A DNA stretch of 64,000 bases from an uncultured Clostridia bacterium (GCA_944390975.1 CALXRX010000003.1:25115-89114); one strand, 5' to 3'. Positions 20,187-31,192 are shown, counted from the stretch's first letter. Numbers and translations: made by a program. Notes: generated from the sequence alone by a model not told the origin.

Positions 20187-21584
20187 CTAGTTTTTATTGT
20201 TCAATTCTTTTGTATTTATTATTAATAATGTACTTAAAACAATTACTATAATCATACTTGATGAATTAAAAAATGTATAACCTGATAGGAATGAAAATGC
20301 AAAACTGAAAAATAATCCAAAAAGATTCATCATATATTCTGCATTTAATTTGTGTCTATTTTTTATGCCTACAAATAGTCCATATATAAATATTGATAAT
20401 AAAGGTACAAAATATAATATAAATCCTAAAATTCCGAAATTTAGTAAAAATGCTGGTATTTCCATTTCTAATATTAATTCGTTAAAATTAGCTTGAAATC
20501 CATTACCAAATAATAACAGCATTATATTAGATTGGTTTTTCACTAAATATATATTATAAATTAGCTGTTGTGCTCTCATATCATTATTAGCAATTTGGTA
20601 TTTATTTGCAAAATTATATAAATCCATAATAGATTTTTTATTTGCTTCTGACATATATCCTTCTTCTAGTCCATTTTTTTCTATTTTTTCCTTAATTCCT
20701 AGTAATGCATTTGATATATGTGTTACTTCTTGTCCAGATTGTTGTACTTCTTCTAAATGCTGTCTTCTTTTTAATGTATTAGAGCCAAATGCTGTAACAC
20801 CTATTACTACAATAATTATAACGCTTATGCTTATTATTAGTACATTTTTGTTTAATTGAATATGCTTTAAAATAGATGCAAGTAATTCGCTTAGTCCATA
20901 CAAGAATAATACACAAATAAATCCAAATAAACCTACTCTAGTCCCTAGCATTAGTGTAGTATATATTCCTACTAATATTACTATTGAAACTGCCCAATAT
21001 CTATATTTTCTTTCTTTTATCATTGTGAATATAATAAACATTGACAAAATTAAAATTGCACCAATACTATTTCCAGTTTCAAACCAACCTTTATATCCAA
21101 TACCCTCTATATAAGTAGATGTAGATGTATTGGTAATAATTGATAACCAAATAGAAATTATATAAATACTTATAGTAATTAAAACACTTCTTTTTAGCTT
21201 ATCTTTTGGTTTATCTTTAAATATATAAATATATATAAATAAATTTAATATCATAAATGAATAATTAACAATAAATTGTAATTCATTTATGATTCCACCA
21301 AAAGAACTTCCTGTTTTTATGTTATTAAATAACCATAAATGGATTATTGCATATATTGCATATATTAAAGCTACTAATATAAGTTTTAATTTTATTTTTT
21401 CTTTAAGGAATAAAATTAAAATTACAATTATGGGTAAAATTGGCCTAATAAATGTTGATGGAGAAAAGTTTGTTTCAAAAAAGCTTCTAAATAGAAAACT
21501 AGCAATATCTAATATTGGACATAATATAATTATTAAGCATAACAAATTTTCTAGATTTAATTTTTCTTTAATAAATTGTTTCAT
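20187..21584 (-). CDS. O-antigen ligase/polymerase-like (Wzy family) membrane protein
   Basis: 465 aa with more than 10 TM helices and a large loop, in the glycan cluster. Confidence 0.5.
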   Translation of the reverse strand: MKQFIKEKLNLENLLCLIIILCPILDIASFLFRSFFETNFSPSTFIRPILPIIVILILFLKEKIKLKLILVALIYAIYAIIHLWLFNNIKTGSSFGGIINELQFIVNYSFMILNLFIYIYIFKDKPKDKLKRSVLITISIYIISIWLSIITNTSTSTYIEGIGYKGWFETGNSIGAILILSMFIIFTMIKERKYRYWAVSIVILVGIYTTLMLGTRVGLFGFICVLFLYGLSELLASILKHIQLNKNVLIISISVIIIVVIGVTAFGSNTLKRRQHLEEVQQSGQEVTHISNALLGIKEKIEKNGLEEGYMSEANKKSIMDLYNFANKYQIANNDMRAQQLIYNIYLVKNQSNIMLLLFGNGFQANFNELILEMEIPAFLLNFGILGFILYFVPLLSIFIYGLFVGIKNRHKLNAEYMMNLFGLFFSFAFSFLSGYTFFNSSSMIIVIVLSTLLIINTKELNNKN

Positions 21585-21595
21585 TATTACCTCTT

Positions 21596-22549
21596 TTAAA
21601 AAATTCTAAATATTAATGCATATATTCTATATGTAAATCTATTCACACTTAACATATATCTTTTTTTTAAATTAAGTTCTTTGTTTAATATCGGGTTTTC
21701 TTTACATAATGGGAATTTTTCATATAAATATACCCATGTTTTGTTTAACAATTCTTTCCTACATATTTTGTCTTTAATTTTACAAATTCTTTTAAAAGAA
21801 CTACATAATAGCAATCTCATAAAAGTAAATTCTAATACATCTTTATAATCATCATATATTTTCTTTTCTTTGTAATATGATAGTACATTGTCTAATATTT
21901 TGAATATGTCTTGTGTTTTTTGGTCTTGAGTATTAATAATTGATTTCTTTCTTTGCACATAATATATAAGTGGCTCTTTTACAAAACTAACATTTTCAAT
22001 ATATGGTACTATTTTATAAAAAAATTCTACATCCTCATATACTAATCCTTTTGGAAATTCTATACCAGATTTATCTATTATTTCTTTTTTATATAATTTA
22101 TTCCATGCAACAACTCTTGCTTTTTCTATCATTTCTTTTTTTCCATAATATTTTTGTCCTATATCTTTTTTATTTTTTCTTGGATATGACCAATAAAAAT
22201 TACATTCAACCATATCACTATCTTCTTTTTTTGCTTTTTCATACATTTTTTCATATAAACTTTTTTCTACATAATCATCTGAATCTAAAAAAGCAATATA
22301 TTTTCCTGTTGCATATTTCAACCCATAATTTCTTGCATCTGATAGTCCACCATTTTCTTTTCTGTAATATTTTATATTACTATATTTTTTTTCATATTCT
22401 TTTGCAATATCTGCTGAACTATCTTTAGAGCCATCATCTACTATAATTATTTCTATATCTTTTAGTGTTTGATTTACAAGTGATTCTAAGCATCTTCTTA
22501 AATATAGTTCTACATTATATACAGGAACAATTATACTTACTTTTGTCAT
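21596..22549 (-). CDS. GT2-family glycosyltransferase
   Basis: VSIIVPVYNVELYL...IIIVDDGSKD...LDSDDY. Confidence 0.85.
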   Translation of the reverse strand: MTKVSIIVPVYNVELYLRRCLESLVNQTLKDIEIIIVDDGSKDSSADIAKEYEKKYSNIKYYRKENGGLSDARNYGLKYATGKYIAFLDSDDYVEKSLYEKMYEKAKKEDSDMVECNFYWSYPRKNKKDIGQKYYGKKEMIEKARVVAWNKLYKKEIIDKSGIEFPKGLVYEDVEFFYKIVPYIENVSFVKEPLIYYVQRKKSIINTQDQKTQDIFKILDNVLSYYKEKKIYDDYKDVLEFTFMRLLLCSSFKRICKIKDKICRKELLNKTWVYLYEKFPLCKENPILNKELNLKKRYMLSVNRFTYRIYALIFRIF

Positions 22550-22574
22550 ATCTAATCTATTATCCTTTCATAAC

Positions 22575-23522
22575 TTATTTTAATTTTAAGTACCATTTAA
22601 TGTTTAAAAATAGTATTATTTTTTTTATTGCTTGTTTAAAATTATGTATTTGTATATTTTTAATCATTTTTCTCTTTTTTATTTCGCTAATATAAATATC
22701 TAAATCTTGTTTTTTTAAATCTTTTAATTTCAAAATTATTGCATTTGTATAATATGTTTTTACATTTTTTTCAGTTTCACTAGTTAAATTCTCTTTTTGT
22801 ATAAACTCTAGCATTGTATCGTAATGTTTAAATACATCTTTTGTTTTTTTTATTGTTCTAGAATAATCCTCATTTCTTGTAATACTATTTGTAGTTTGCA
22901 AATAGCAATACCCATATAAATTAATTGAAACTACTTTTTTTGCTTTCAAAATTATAAGAGGAATTAACCCAAAATCTTCATGCTCTGTATCTGTTTTAAA
23001 TTTAAAATTATTTTTTTTAAACAATTCTTTTTTAAATAAGTATATACATGGAGAATCTATCAAAACATCTGAAAATGCAAGTATGTTAAATGCTTTTTGC
23101 CCATCTACCTGGTCAAATGCAGGTCCATCTATTTTTTCTAGAATTTCCCCTTTTTCATTTACTTTTTCTAGTTTAAATTTTACAATATCCATATCTTTAT
23201 CTATGTATTTTTCTAATTCTTCAATAAGATTTTCTTTAATATAATCATCAGAATCTACAAAAAGTATGTATTTTCCTATAGCTTTAGATATGCCAAAATT
23301 TCTTGTATCTGCAATTCCAGTGTTTTCTTTTTTATAATATTTTATTAAATTAGGATTTTCATTTTTATATTTTTGTATAATTTCTTCTGAATTATCATTT
23401 GAGCCATCATCTATAACTATTATCTCAATTTGTTCTTTGGCTTGTACTAGTATTGAATTTAAGCACTTTTTTAAGTATTGGCTTGTATTATATACTGGTA
23501 CAATTATACTTAAATTTATCAT
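22575..23522 (-). CDS. GT2-family glycosyltransferase
   Basis: LSIIVPVYNTSQYL...IIVIDDGSND...VDSDDY. Confidence 0.85.
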   Translation of the reverse strand: MINLSIIVPVYNTSQYLKKCLNSILVQAKEQIEIIVIDDGSNDNSEEIIQKYKNENPNLIKYYKKENTGIADTRNFGISKAIGKYILFVDSDDYIKENLIEELEKYIDKDMDIVKFKLEKVNEKGEILEKIDGPAFDQVDGQKAFNILAFSDVLIDSPCIYLFKKELFKKNNFKFKTDTEHEDFGLIPLIILKAKKVVSINLYGYCYLQTTNSITRNEDYSRTIKKTKDVFKHYDTMLEFIQKENLTSETEKNVKTYYTNAIILKLKDLKKQDLDIYISEIKKRKMIKNIQIHNFKQAIKKIILFLNIKWYLKLK

Positions 23523-23549
23523 TTAATACTTCCTATCTATATAATATTT

Positions 23550-24632
23550 TTAATTAATTATATGGTTTAATTTTTCCATTATTTCTTTATTATAATTTTC
23601 TGGATTAAACTTTTCTTTTATTTTATAACCATTTTGTATAAATTCCTTCATTGCTATATATAAATCTTTTTCATTCTTTTTTATTACTTTACCATATTTA
23701 TTATTTATATCTTTCATTGCATCAGATATATTTGTAGTTATAATTGGTTTATTTAATATGAGTGCTTCTAAAAAAACTACTGGATATCCTTCATAATCTG
23801 AAGTTAATAATATGGCATCTGCTAATTTCATATATGGATATGGATTACTTTTAGCTCCTATGAATTCAATTTTATCTTGTAATTTAAATTTTTTAACTAG
23901 ATTTTTATATAAATTAGTATCTTTTCCATCACCTACAAAAAGTATTTTAAAGTTTAGACCATCCTTTTTTAGAAACCTTGCCGCTTTTATTATTCTTGTT
24001 AATTTTTTTTGTAATTCGTCGTGTCGACCAATATTAACAAATGTATATGTGTCATTTTTTGTTTTAGTAATTTTTTCTTTTGATAATTCGATTATTTTAT
24101 TATAATCTATTAAATTATTACAAAATATAACTTTTTGCTTTAATTCTGGATATACTTGTAAAAATGTTTGTGATGCTTTATTAGATACAAATATTATTTT
24201 TTTAAATTTTTTACAATGTAATTTTTCAAAAAAACTTTTTACTTTTTTCTTGTCTTTTTTAAATAATTCTAAATAATCAGCATGACACCATAGTGCATTG
24301 TTTTTAGATGCATTTCTTGCAACAAATGAGCCTACATAAGAATATGTTGCAAAAGAAGCGGAAAAATCATATTTATTTTTGTATTTTAATATAAATGTAA
24401 TTCTTTTAATTAAATTAGATATCTTCCTTAGGATAATAATTTTATTTTCGTTTATTTTATATTCTACAATATTTATATTGGGGTTTAAATCGTTTAAAAA
24501 TTTTCCTTGTTTTTTTTCTAATACTAATGTTATATCATATTGTTTATTTGCTAAATAGTTTAATAGTGTTAACAAGGATGTTTCTATTCCACCAATATTC
24601 ATATCATATGCTGAAAATAATAGTTTCTTCAT
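23550..24632 (-). CDS. GT4-family glycosyltransferase, first gene of the glycan cluster
   Basis: MNIGGIETSLLTLL at the N-terminus and SDYEGYPVVFLEA at the C-terminus. Confidence 0.75.
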   Translation of the reverse strand: MKKLLFSAYDMNIGGIETSLLTLLNYLANKQYDITLVLEKKQGKFLNDLNPNINIVEYKINENKIIILRKISNLIKRITFILKYKNKYDFSASFATYSYVGSFVARNASKNNALWCHADYLELFKKDKKKVKSFFEKLHCKKFKKIIFVSNKASQTFLQVYPELKQKVIFCNNLIDYNKIIELSKEKITKTKNDTYTFVNIGRHDELQKKLTRIIKAARFLKKDGLNFKILFVGDGKDTNLYKNLVKKFKLQDKIEFIGAKSNPYPYMKLADAILLTSDYEGYPVVFLEALILNKPIITTNISDAMKDINNKYGKVIKKNEKDLYIAMKEFIQNGYKIKEKFNPENYNKEIMEKLNHIIN

Positions 24633-24719
24633 ATAATTCTCCTTTTAATTTTTCCGACTTTATTTTATCATATAAGAATATAAAAATCTAGATAATTCAA
24701 TATAAAAGTCGTTTTTCCG

Positions 24720-24747
24720 GTTACAGTTCAGACTATAAGTAGTTAAT
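24720..24747. repeat. Dispersed 28-bp intergenic motif, copy 1 (GTTACAGTTCAGACTATAAGTAGTTAAT)
   Basis: Related copies at 58312..58334 (same orientation) and 60987..61014 (inverted). A partial GTTACAGTTC occurs at 59318..59327. Confidence 0.5.
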
Positions 24748-24814
24748 AGATAGATAATTGTATACGAAATAAGAGCAAGTATTTAATTACTTGCTCTTAC
24801 TAATATCGTATTTC

Positions 24815-25015
24815 TTATGCAATTCCGTATTTTTTCTTGAATTTATCTGCTCTACCACCTGTTGTATTTAGTTTTAAGTTTCCTGTCCAAAATGGATGAC
24901 ATTTTGAACATACGTCTACTTTTATATCTTTTTTAGTTGATTTTGTTGTAAATACATTTCCACATGCACATGTTATTGTTGTTTCATTAAATTCTGGATG
25001 TAATCCTTCTTTCAT
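24815..25015 (-). CDS. rpmE: 50S ribosomal protein L31
   Basis: 66 aa, MKEGLHPEF...CxC...[10 protein letters not shown], followed by a hairpin at 24771..24798. Confidence 0.95.
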   Translation of the reverse strand: MKEGLHPEFNETTITCACGNVFTTKSTKKDIKVDVCSKCHPFWTGNLKLNTTGGRADKFKKKYGIA

Positions 25016-25104
25016 TTTGTCTTCACCTCTTTCATTGTTTAATAAATTTACTATTTATTATATTAACATATATTTTTATTCATTTCAAGCCAATTTTAAA
25101 ATTT

Positions 25105-25260
25105 TTATTTTTTTTCGTTGTTTTGGTTTAACATATATTGTGCTGAATTTCTTAATTCATCAAAAAATGGTAATTTATTTACTAATTTGAATGTTATATT
25201 AAATAAGCATGCAACTATTAATATAAAAAGACATATTTTTTTCCATAATTTAGCAGCCAT
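25105..25260 (-). CDS. Small membrane protein (51 aa), absent from the ORF track
   Basis: GGAGG RBS 7 nt upstream of ATG 25260. Translates MAAKLWKKICLFILIVACLFNITFKLVNKLPFFDELRNSAQYMLNQNNEKK. Confidence 0.45.
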   Translation of the reverse strand: MAAKLWKKICLFILIVACLFNITFKLVNKLPFFDELRNSAQYMLNQNNEKK

Positions 25261-25378
25261 AGTTTTTCCTCCATTTTTAACTCTCTTTATAATTATACTA
25301 TATTTTATTTTTTTGTCAATATTATTAATTTTTTTGGTTACACTATTATTTAATAAAAGTCGAATTTTGGAGGTTAAA

Positions 25379-26060
25379 ATGGAAAAAAAATATTTTTATA
25401 TAATTTGCACATTAAGTATTTTTTTATTTTTTCTTACAGGTTGTAACGATAATTCTAAAACTACAAATAATACAAATGATGTTGTTGAAGCAAATAGATT
25501 AAGTAGTGATGTTACTATTCAAAACAATAATATAAATACACGGAAATAATATTGCAAAAAATGAAATACGACTTGGTGAACATGAAGCTAATCAGTTAAA
25601 TGAACTAGAACTTGCTTCTTTTTCTACTAAACTTGGTGGTAAAGATACACCTAGAAGTCGCAACATTGGTATAACAACTTCTACTTTAAATGGTACAACA
25701 ATTAATAATGGTGAGACATTTTCTTTTTGTAATACAATAGGTAATCCAACTGCTGATAAAGGCTATGAAGAAGCTGATTCATTTAATGCTGAAGGTGAAA
25801 CTGTAAAAACTTTAGGTGGTGGGAACTGCCAAGTTAGTAGTACTTTATATAATGTTGTTTTACAAATTCCTGAATTGCAGGTAACAGAAAGGCATGCTCA
25901 TATTAAACCTGTTCACTATGTCGAAAAAGATAAAGATGCCACTGTTGCTTATGGAAGTGTAGATTTTAAATTTAAAAACAATTCTGGTAGTACCATTAAA
26001 ATTTATGCTAATTCAGATTTAAATAGTGTAAATATTAGAATTGTCAAATTATTAAAATGA
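25379..26060 (+). CDS. VanW-domain lipoprotein. The frame breaks at in-frame CGG 25541..25543 and continues in the +1 frame.
   Basis: GGAGG RBS plus a lipobox signal (FLTGC). The 0-frame stops 2 codons after CGG. The +1 frame encodes a VanW-like domain (ETFSFCNTIG...GGGNCQVSSTLYN...) with no start codon of its own. Confidence 0.65.
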
Positions 26061-26126
26061 TTGTATTTTAAAAGGTTGCTTAAATTGCAACCTTTTAGTT
26101 ATTTAATTATTTAAATTTTAGTAATT

Positions 26127-26603
26127 TTATTTTTTTATAGATAGTATTTTATATCTTGCTGTTCCTGCTGGTATTTTAAATTCTACTTCTTGCCCTTTTT
26201 TTGCTCCTAACAAAGCTGCCCCAATTGGTGATTCGTTTGATATTTTATTTTGTGATAAATCAACTTCTGTTGAGCCAACAATTGTATATTCACATTCTTC
26301 GTCAAATTCTAAATCTTTTACTTTTACAGTATTTCCTACTTGTACTGTTTTTGTATCTATTTCAGATTCATCTATTATTTTTGCATATCTTAGTTTTGTT
26401 TCTAATCCTGCAATTTTTATTTCATTTGCTGCTTGTGCATTTTTAGCTTCATCATATTCTGAATTTTCAGATAAATCTCCAAATCCTAAAGCTACTTTAA
26501 TACGTTCTGCTATTTCAGCTCTTTTTTCTGTTCTAAGATATTCTAATTCTTTTTCTAAATTATCATATCCTTCTTGTGTTAATAGTACTTCTTTTTCCTC
26601 CAT
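26127..26603 (-). CDS. greA: Transcription elongation factor GreA
   Basis: 158 aa, [17 protein letters not shown]...[12 protein letters not shown]. Confidence 0.9.
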   Translation of the reverse strand: MEEKEVLLTQEGYDNLEKELEYLRTEKRAEIAERIKVALGFGDLSENSEYDEAKNAQAANEIKIAGLETKLRYAKIIDESEIDTKTVQVGNTVKVKDLEFDEECEYTIVGSTEVDLSQNKISNESPIGAALLGAKKGQEVEFKIPAGTARYKILSIKK

Positions 26604-26713
26604 AATATAAGTCTCCTCCTTGTATAAATATATAATATTTGTTGAATTAATTTTTACATTGACACTATCTTAAGATAATTCTATTGTTTTGTCAATACTT
26701 TAAATAATTTTTT

Positions 26714-27595
26714 CTAATTTTGCTTGTACTCCATATTATTAATAATTCCATTCTTTCCTATTAAGTTAACTATTTTTATATCATCTTCTTTTATTTGTTT
26801 TATTATAAAATCATAGTTTTTTCCTATTATATTACTTTCATATAATAATTTTTTATCAAATTTCTTATATGTTTTACTATCAAATTTATTTTTATATATT
26901 ATTTGATAATCGCAAATATTTATTCCATTAAATAGTTTTGTTTTTATATTTATTTTGTTTTTAATACTTATAATAATTGCTTTTGTGTTTATATTGAAGC
27001 TATTTATAGTTTCTTCATCAAAGTCAATATTTATAATTATTTTAGCTTTTAATAAACTTTTTCTTCTATTATTAGTTATTATAATTCCTATACCCATTTT
27101 TTCTTCTAAATATTTTTCTATTTTTCTAAAATGATTTATATTGTTTGTTACAATATTTATTCTTTTAAAATTCTCTGCAAAATATATTATATTGCTTTCA
27201 TCTATGGCATTAGCATTATTTATTAATATAAATATTTCTTGTGTATGAGTTTGTTCTTTTTTTATATGTGAAATGTAGCTTACAATATCATAAAGTAAAT
27301 AGTTAGATAGTATTTTCCCATCACAAATATCAATGCTATTTTTTAAAAGTGTGCTTTTTAATTCTTCTAAATCATTTAAGTAGTATGATAAAACTACAAT
27401 TTTAGTATTTTTTACTATTATTTTTACTATTAAATTTATAATTGTTTTATTTTCAATTTTTTTGTATGGTAATATGCAAATTTTTTCTTCTTTTATTGTT
27501 AATACACAAAATACTTTTTTTATAAAGTATATAAGGTATTTAATAATTTTGGGTAATTTACATTTGTTATCGAATAATTCTTCTATATTGTCCAA
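26714..27595 (-). CDS. Hypothetical protein
   Basis: 293-aa ORF with no recognisable motif. Confidence 0.4.
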   Translation of the reverse strand: MDNIEELFDNKCKLPKIIKYLIYFIKKVFCVLTIKEEKICILPYKKIENKTIINLIVKIIVKNTKIVVLSYYLNDLEELKSTLLKNSIDICDGKILSNYLLYDIVSYISHIKKEQTHTQEIFILINNANAIDESNIIYFAENFKRINIVTNNINHFRKIEKYLEEKMGIGIIITNNRRKSLLKAKIIINIDFDEETINSFNINTKAIIISIKNKINIKTKLFNGINICDYQIIYKNKFDSKTYKKFDKKLLYESNIIGKNYDFIIKQIKEDDIKIVNLIGKNGIINNMEYKQN

Positions 27596-27728
27596 TTCTT
27601 TTATATATAATATGTCGTAAATAATATCACCTTATTTCATATGTTTTTTTAATTATATTTATTAAAATAAGGTTTTATTACAAAAAGTGCATTAAAAATG
27701 CACTTTAAAAATAATTTTGTTATACTAA

Positions 27729-28400
27729 TTATATTAAATCTTCCATAGTTAATTTTGCATAATATTGAGGATTGAATTCTTCATCATAAGGTATTTCTGC
27801 AAATATATCTGGCATTTCCTCCTTAAAATATTTTAATAATGGTATCATTACTTGCCTAATTGCCGGATGAACATGCTTGTTAGCTCTTAAACTTAGTATG
27901 TGTTTCCATTCTCTTATATTAGCTGTCATAGTATATTCTGCCGCTACAGAATGTGGCAAAAGATTTCTACACATATCTGTTGTAGCCCCTAGCTTTTTCA
28001 TTGCAATATATCCATTTTCTATTTCTTGCATTGTTTTTTTCCATGTTTCATACATTTCTTTATCTTCTATGTATATTGGGTTTATAAATGATATTTCATT
28101 TCCATATTTGTCTTTGTCATAGCTACAATATCTTGTTGATTCTATTGAAAAACTTGCAAAACGGTGTCTTGTTAAATCTTTATAAGATCCTAAATCATTA
28201 TATATTCTAACAGTTATTTTTTCATGCTCTAAAACAGATTCATGCCCTCTGTTTATACAGTTTTTTAGTAAATTTTTATAACTGTCTTCACTTATTTTGT
28301 CTTCTGAACGGTAACATGTTCTACATGCTCTTTCTATTTTTTTCATTATAGTTTTTCCATCAAATTTCTCCACCTTTATCCATGGCTCAACTATTCTCAT
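27729..28400 (-). CDS. thyX: FAD-dependent thymidylate synthase ThyX
   Basis: RHRFASFSIESTRY motif. The start is set at MRIVEP, 8 nt downstream of GGAGG. Confidence 0.85.
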   Translation of the reverse strand: MRIVEPWIKVEKFDGKTIMKKIERACRTCYRSEDKISEDSYKNLLKNCINRGHESVLEHEKITVRIYNDLGSYKDLTRHRFASFSIESTRYCSYDKDKYGNEISFINPIYIEDKEMYETWKKTMQEIENGYIAMKKLGATTDMCRNLLPHSVAAEYTMTANIREWKHILSLRANKHVHPAIRQVMIPLLKYFKEEMPDIFAEIPYDEEFNPQYYAKLTMEDLI

Positions 28401-28505
28401 ATCTATTACCTCCATTATTTTTTATTACAATAACTATATCAAAACATTCTTTTTTTTTCAACAAAAAAGAAGAAATAATTTTATATTTCTTCTTTAATAT
28501 ATTTC

Positions 28506-29369
28506 TTATTCTCCTCTTCCTTCTGGAAGTGCTGGTACATCTAAGACAACTTTGATTTTTAGTATATAACTTACCATTCTACCAAATTTACTACTTTTAA
28601 TTCTTTGCCATAATGATGGTTTTACTTCTATTCTAGTTTCATTAATAAAGTTATCATTTTGGACTTCTTGCTCTGGCACAACATTTTCTACAACTTGTTT
28701 TGCTTCAACATTTTGTTCTTCTACTACTTCTTCATTGTCATAGTCTACTGGTGTAGGTATTACCTTTAATGCATCTGCAACTTCAATTCCTATATAGCTT
28801 AATGCTTTTGACCTATCTTCAATTCTTTCCATATCTATTTCAATATGTAAATTAGATTCTAAATTCACTATTCTTGCATTAATTAGTTTTACAGCATCTA
28901 AGTAATTTTGTGAAGTTGTTCCTTTTGATCTTCCAATTATTCCTAATGTATCTATTATATCTTCACCAAATTTAGTTTCTGCACTTTTTACTTTTGCTTT
29001 CCAATCTTTTTCTTTGTTTTGTACTGTTTCTAATAGTTCTTTTAGTTCTCCTGATAAAACTATGTTTTTTTCTCTTTGTCTTATTAATTCTTCAATTTGT
29101 TTTGTGTTTTCTTCAAATTGATTTGTTGCATATTCTATTAAACCATAAGCTGCTTTATATACAGTTTTTGGAAAATTCTTCTTTTTTGGATATTCAATTA
29201 AGTATGTTTTAATAGATTCAATTAAATCTTTAAAATATGTATCGTCATCTAATTGAACTATTTGTTTTTTACTATTTGGATTAATTAATTTTTGTACTTT
29301 ATCAATGTTTGATAAAATCTTTTCTTCCGTAATTACCATTCTTACGTTTACTATGCCACTTTTAGACAT
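28506..29369 (-). CDS. Hypothetical protein with an acidic linker and a hydrophobic C-terminus
   Basis: 287-aa ORF with no recognisable motif. Confidence 0.4.
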   Translation of the reverse strand: MSKSGIVNVRMVITEEKILSNIDKVQKLINPNSKKQIVQLDDDTYFKDLIESIKTYLIEYPKKKNFPKTVYKAAYGLIEYATNQFEENTKQIEELIRQREKNIVLSGELKELLETVQNKEKDWKAKVKSAETKFGEDIIDTLGIIGRSKGTTSQNYLDAVKLINARIVNLESNLHIEIDMERIEDRSKALSYIGIEVADALKVIPTPVDYDNEEVVEEQNVEAKQVVENVVPEQEVQNDNFINETRIEVKPSLWQRIKSSKFGRMVSYILKIKVVLDVPALPEGRGE

Positions 29370-29586
29370 TGTAAACCTCCCTCCTTTGTCCTACGTAATA
29401 TTTCTAACTATTAAAATTATACATCTTTTGATAAGAAAGTACAATAGGATTCATAAAAATTCATATTTCATTTTCGTTACAATTTTATTACACTTTTTAT
29501 ATAAAAGTCAACATTATTTCTATATTTTTTATATTTTATTTATTTGGCTTAAAGAAAATAGACATGTATCATGCCTATTTAGCTTA

Positions 29587-30159
29587 TTATTTGCTTTTAG
29601 ATAAGCTTTTTAGTATTGAATTATCAAATTCTTTATATAAAGTGGGTATATCTATTTCTTTATTTGTTTTTAGTTTGTATACTAAGCTTGAACAAGTTAA
29701 TCCAAATATTCCAGATGCCATAACAGCAGGATCTCCTTTTATTATTTCACCTTGTTCCATTCCTTCTTTTAATATGTTTTCTATTGTTTTTATGTATTCT
29801 ATTACTTTATTTTTGCACATTATATTTCTGGCTTCATTTCCCCAAATTTGACTAAGTACTATTGTCATAAAGTCCTCATATTTTGCAATTACTTTTATTT
29901 GAATTAAAACAACTGCTCTTATTTTATCTATGTAATTTGATGCTTTTGAAATTTTTATATCAATACTATTTTTTAGTAGCTTCATGCCTTCTTCTACTAA
30001 AAAGTTGAATATTTCTTCTTTACTTGAAAAATGATAATATAATGTTCCTTTTGCAACCCCAACTGTCGCTGTTATTTCTTCTATACTTGTTGCATCATAT
30101 CCTTTTTGTGCAAATAATTTCATAGATGTTTCAAATATTTTTCTTTTTGTTTTGTTCAT
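29587..30159 (-). CDS. TetR/AcrR-family transcriptional regulator
   Basis: N-terminal HTH KRKIFETSMKLFAQKGYDATSIEEITATVGVAKGTLYYHF. Confidence 0.85.
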   Translation of the reverse strand: MNKTKRKIFETSMKLFAQKGYDATSIEEITATVGVAKGTLYYHFSSKEEIFNFLVEEGMKLLKNSIDIKISKASNYIDKIRAVVLIQIKVIAKYEDFMTIVLSQIWGNEARNIMCKNKVIEYIKTIENILKEGMEQGEIIKGDPAVMASGIFGLTCSSLVYKLKTNKEIDIPTLYKEFDNSILKSLSKSK

Positions 30160-30163
30160 ATAC

Positions 30164-30739
30164 TCACCTATTTTTTTCTAATAATTTTTTTTCGCTTTTT
30201 ATGATTGTTTCAATAATATAAACTGTTTTTTCAAAATCATCATTTTTTATAACATAATCGTAATTACATATTTTAGATTCCTCATATTTTAATCTTCCTA
30301 GTCGTAATTCAATATCTTCTGGTGATAAATGATCTCCTCTTTTTTCCAATCTTTTTCTTAATTCTTCTTTTTCTACTTTTAAAAATATAGTTACTACTTT
30401 AGTTTCATTTTTTAGAATTTCTAATAGATTTTCTGTTCCATTTACTTCTATATCTTTTACTATAATTTTTCCATTGTGTATTTTCTCATTCATTAATTTT
30501 TTAGATGTTCCATAGTAATTGTTATGATGTAAATCATATTCATAAAACTCATTATTTTTTATTTTTTCTTCAAACTTTTCTTTACTAATAAAATGGTATT
30601 GAACACCCTCTTCTTCATCTTCTCTTGGTTTTCTTGATGTGTATGATGGAAGTGATTCTACATCTTGCATTCTTTTTATTAGTTCTTTTTTTATTGTATC
30701 TTTTCCTGCTCCTGAAACTCCAGATAATATTACTAACAT
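30164..30739 (-). CDS. gmk: Guanylate kinase
   Basis: SGVSGAGKDT P-loop, SYTSRKPREDEEEGVQYHF, located upstream of rpoZ. Confidence 0.8.
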   Translation of the reverse strand: MLVILSGVSGAGKDTIKKELIKRMQDVESLPSYTSRKPREDEEEGVQYHFISKEKFEEKIKNNEFYEYDLHHNNYYGTSKKLMNEKIHNGKIIVKDIEVNGTENLLEILKNETKVVTIFLKVEKEELRKRLEKRGDHLSPEDIELRLGRLKYEESKICNYDYVIKNDDFEKTVYIIETIIKSEKKLLEKNR

Positions 30740-30921
30740 TTTGTCACCTTTCCTTCTGCTATTTCATCCGCTGCAAGAGTTACATTAGATTCCTCTTTTT
30801 TATCTATTAGTGGTTTTTCTCCTTTTGATAATTGTCTTGCTCTTTTAGCAGTTATTACTACTAATTCATATCTGTTATTTACTTTTTTTAATAAATCTGT
30901 AACACTAGGTTGTACCATCAT
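30733..30921 (-). CDS. rpoZ: DNA-directed RNA polymerase subunit omega
   Basis: 62 aa, NRYELVVITAKRARQL. Confidence 0.85.
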   Translation of the reverse strand: MMVQPSVTDLLKKVNNRYELVVITAKRARQLSKGEKPLIDKKEESNVTLAADEIAEGKVTKC

Positions 30922-30943
30922 TTTTAATCTACCTCTTTTCCTA

Positions 30944-31192
30944 TTATTCTTCTATTTCTTCTTTTTCTAATCTACCTGCCACTGTTTCTGGCTGTATTGC
31001 AGATAATATTATATGACCTGAATCCATTATAACAACTGCTCTTGTACGTCTACCATATGTTGCATCTACAGCTGTTTTGTTATCTTTTGCTTCTTGTATC
31101 ATTCTTTTTATAGGTGCAGATTCAGGACTTACAATCGCTATAATTCTATTTGCCGATACAATATTTCCAAATCCAATATTTATAAGTTGCAT
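30944..31192 (-). CDS. remA: RemA/DUF370-family regulator
   Basis: [27 protein letters not shown]... Confidence 0.85.
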   Translation of the reverse strand: MQLINIGFGNIVSANRIIAIVSPESAPIKRMIQEAKDNKTAVDATYGRRTRAVVIMDSGHIILSAIQPETVAGRLEKEEIEE

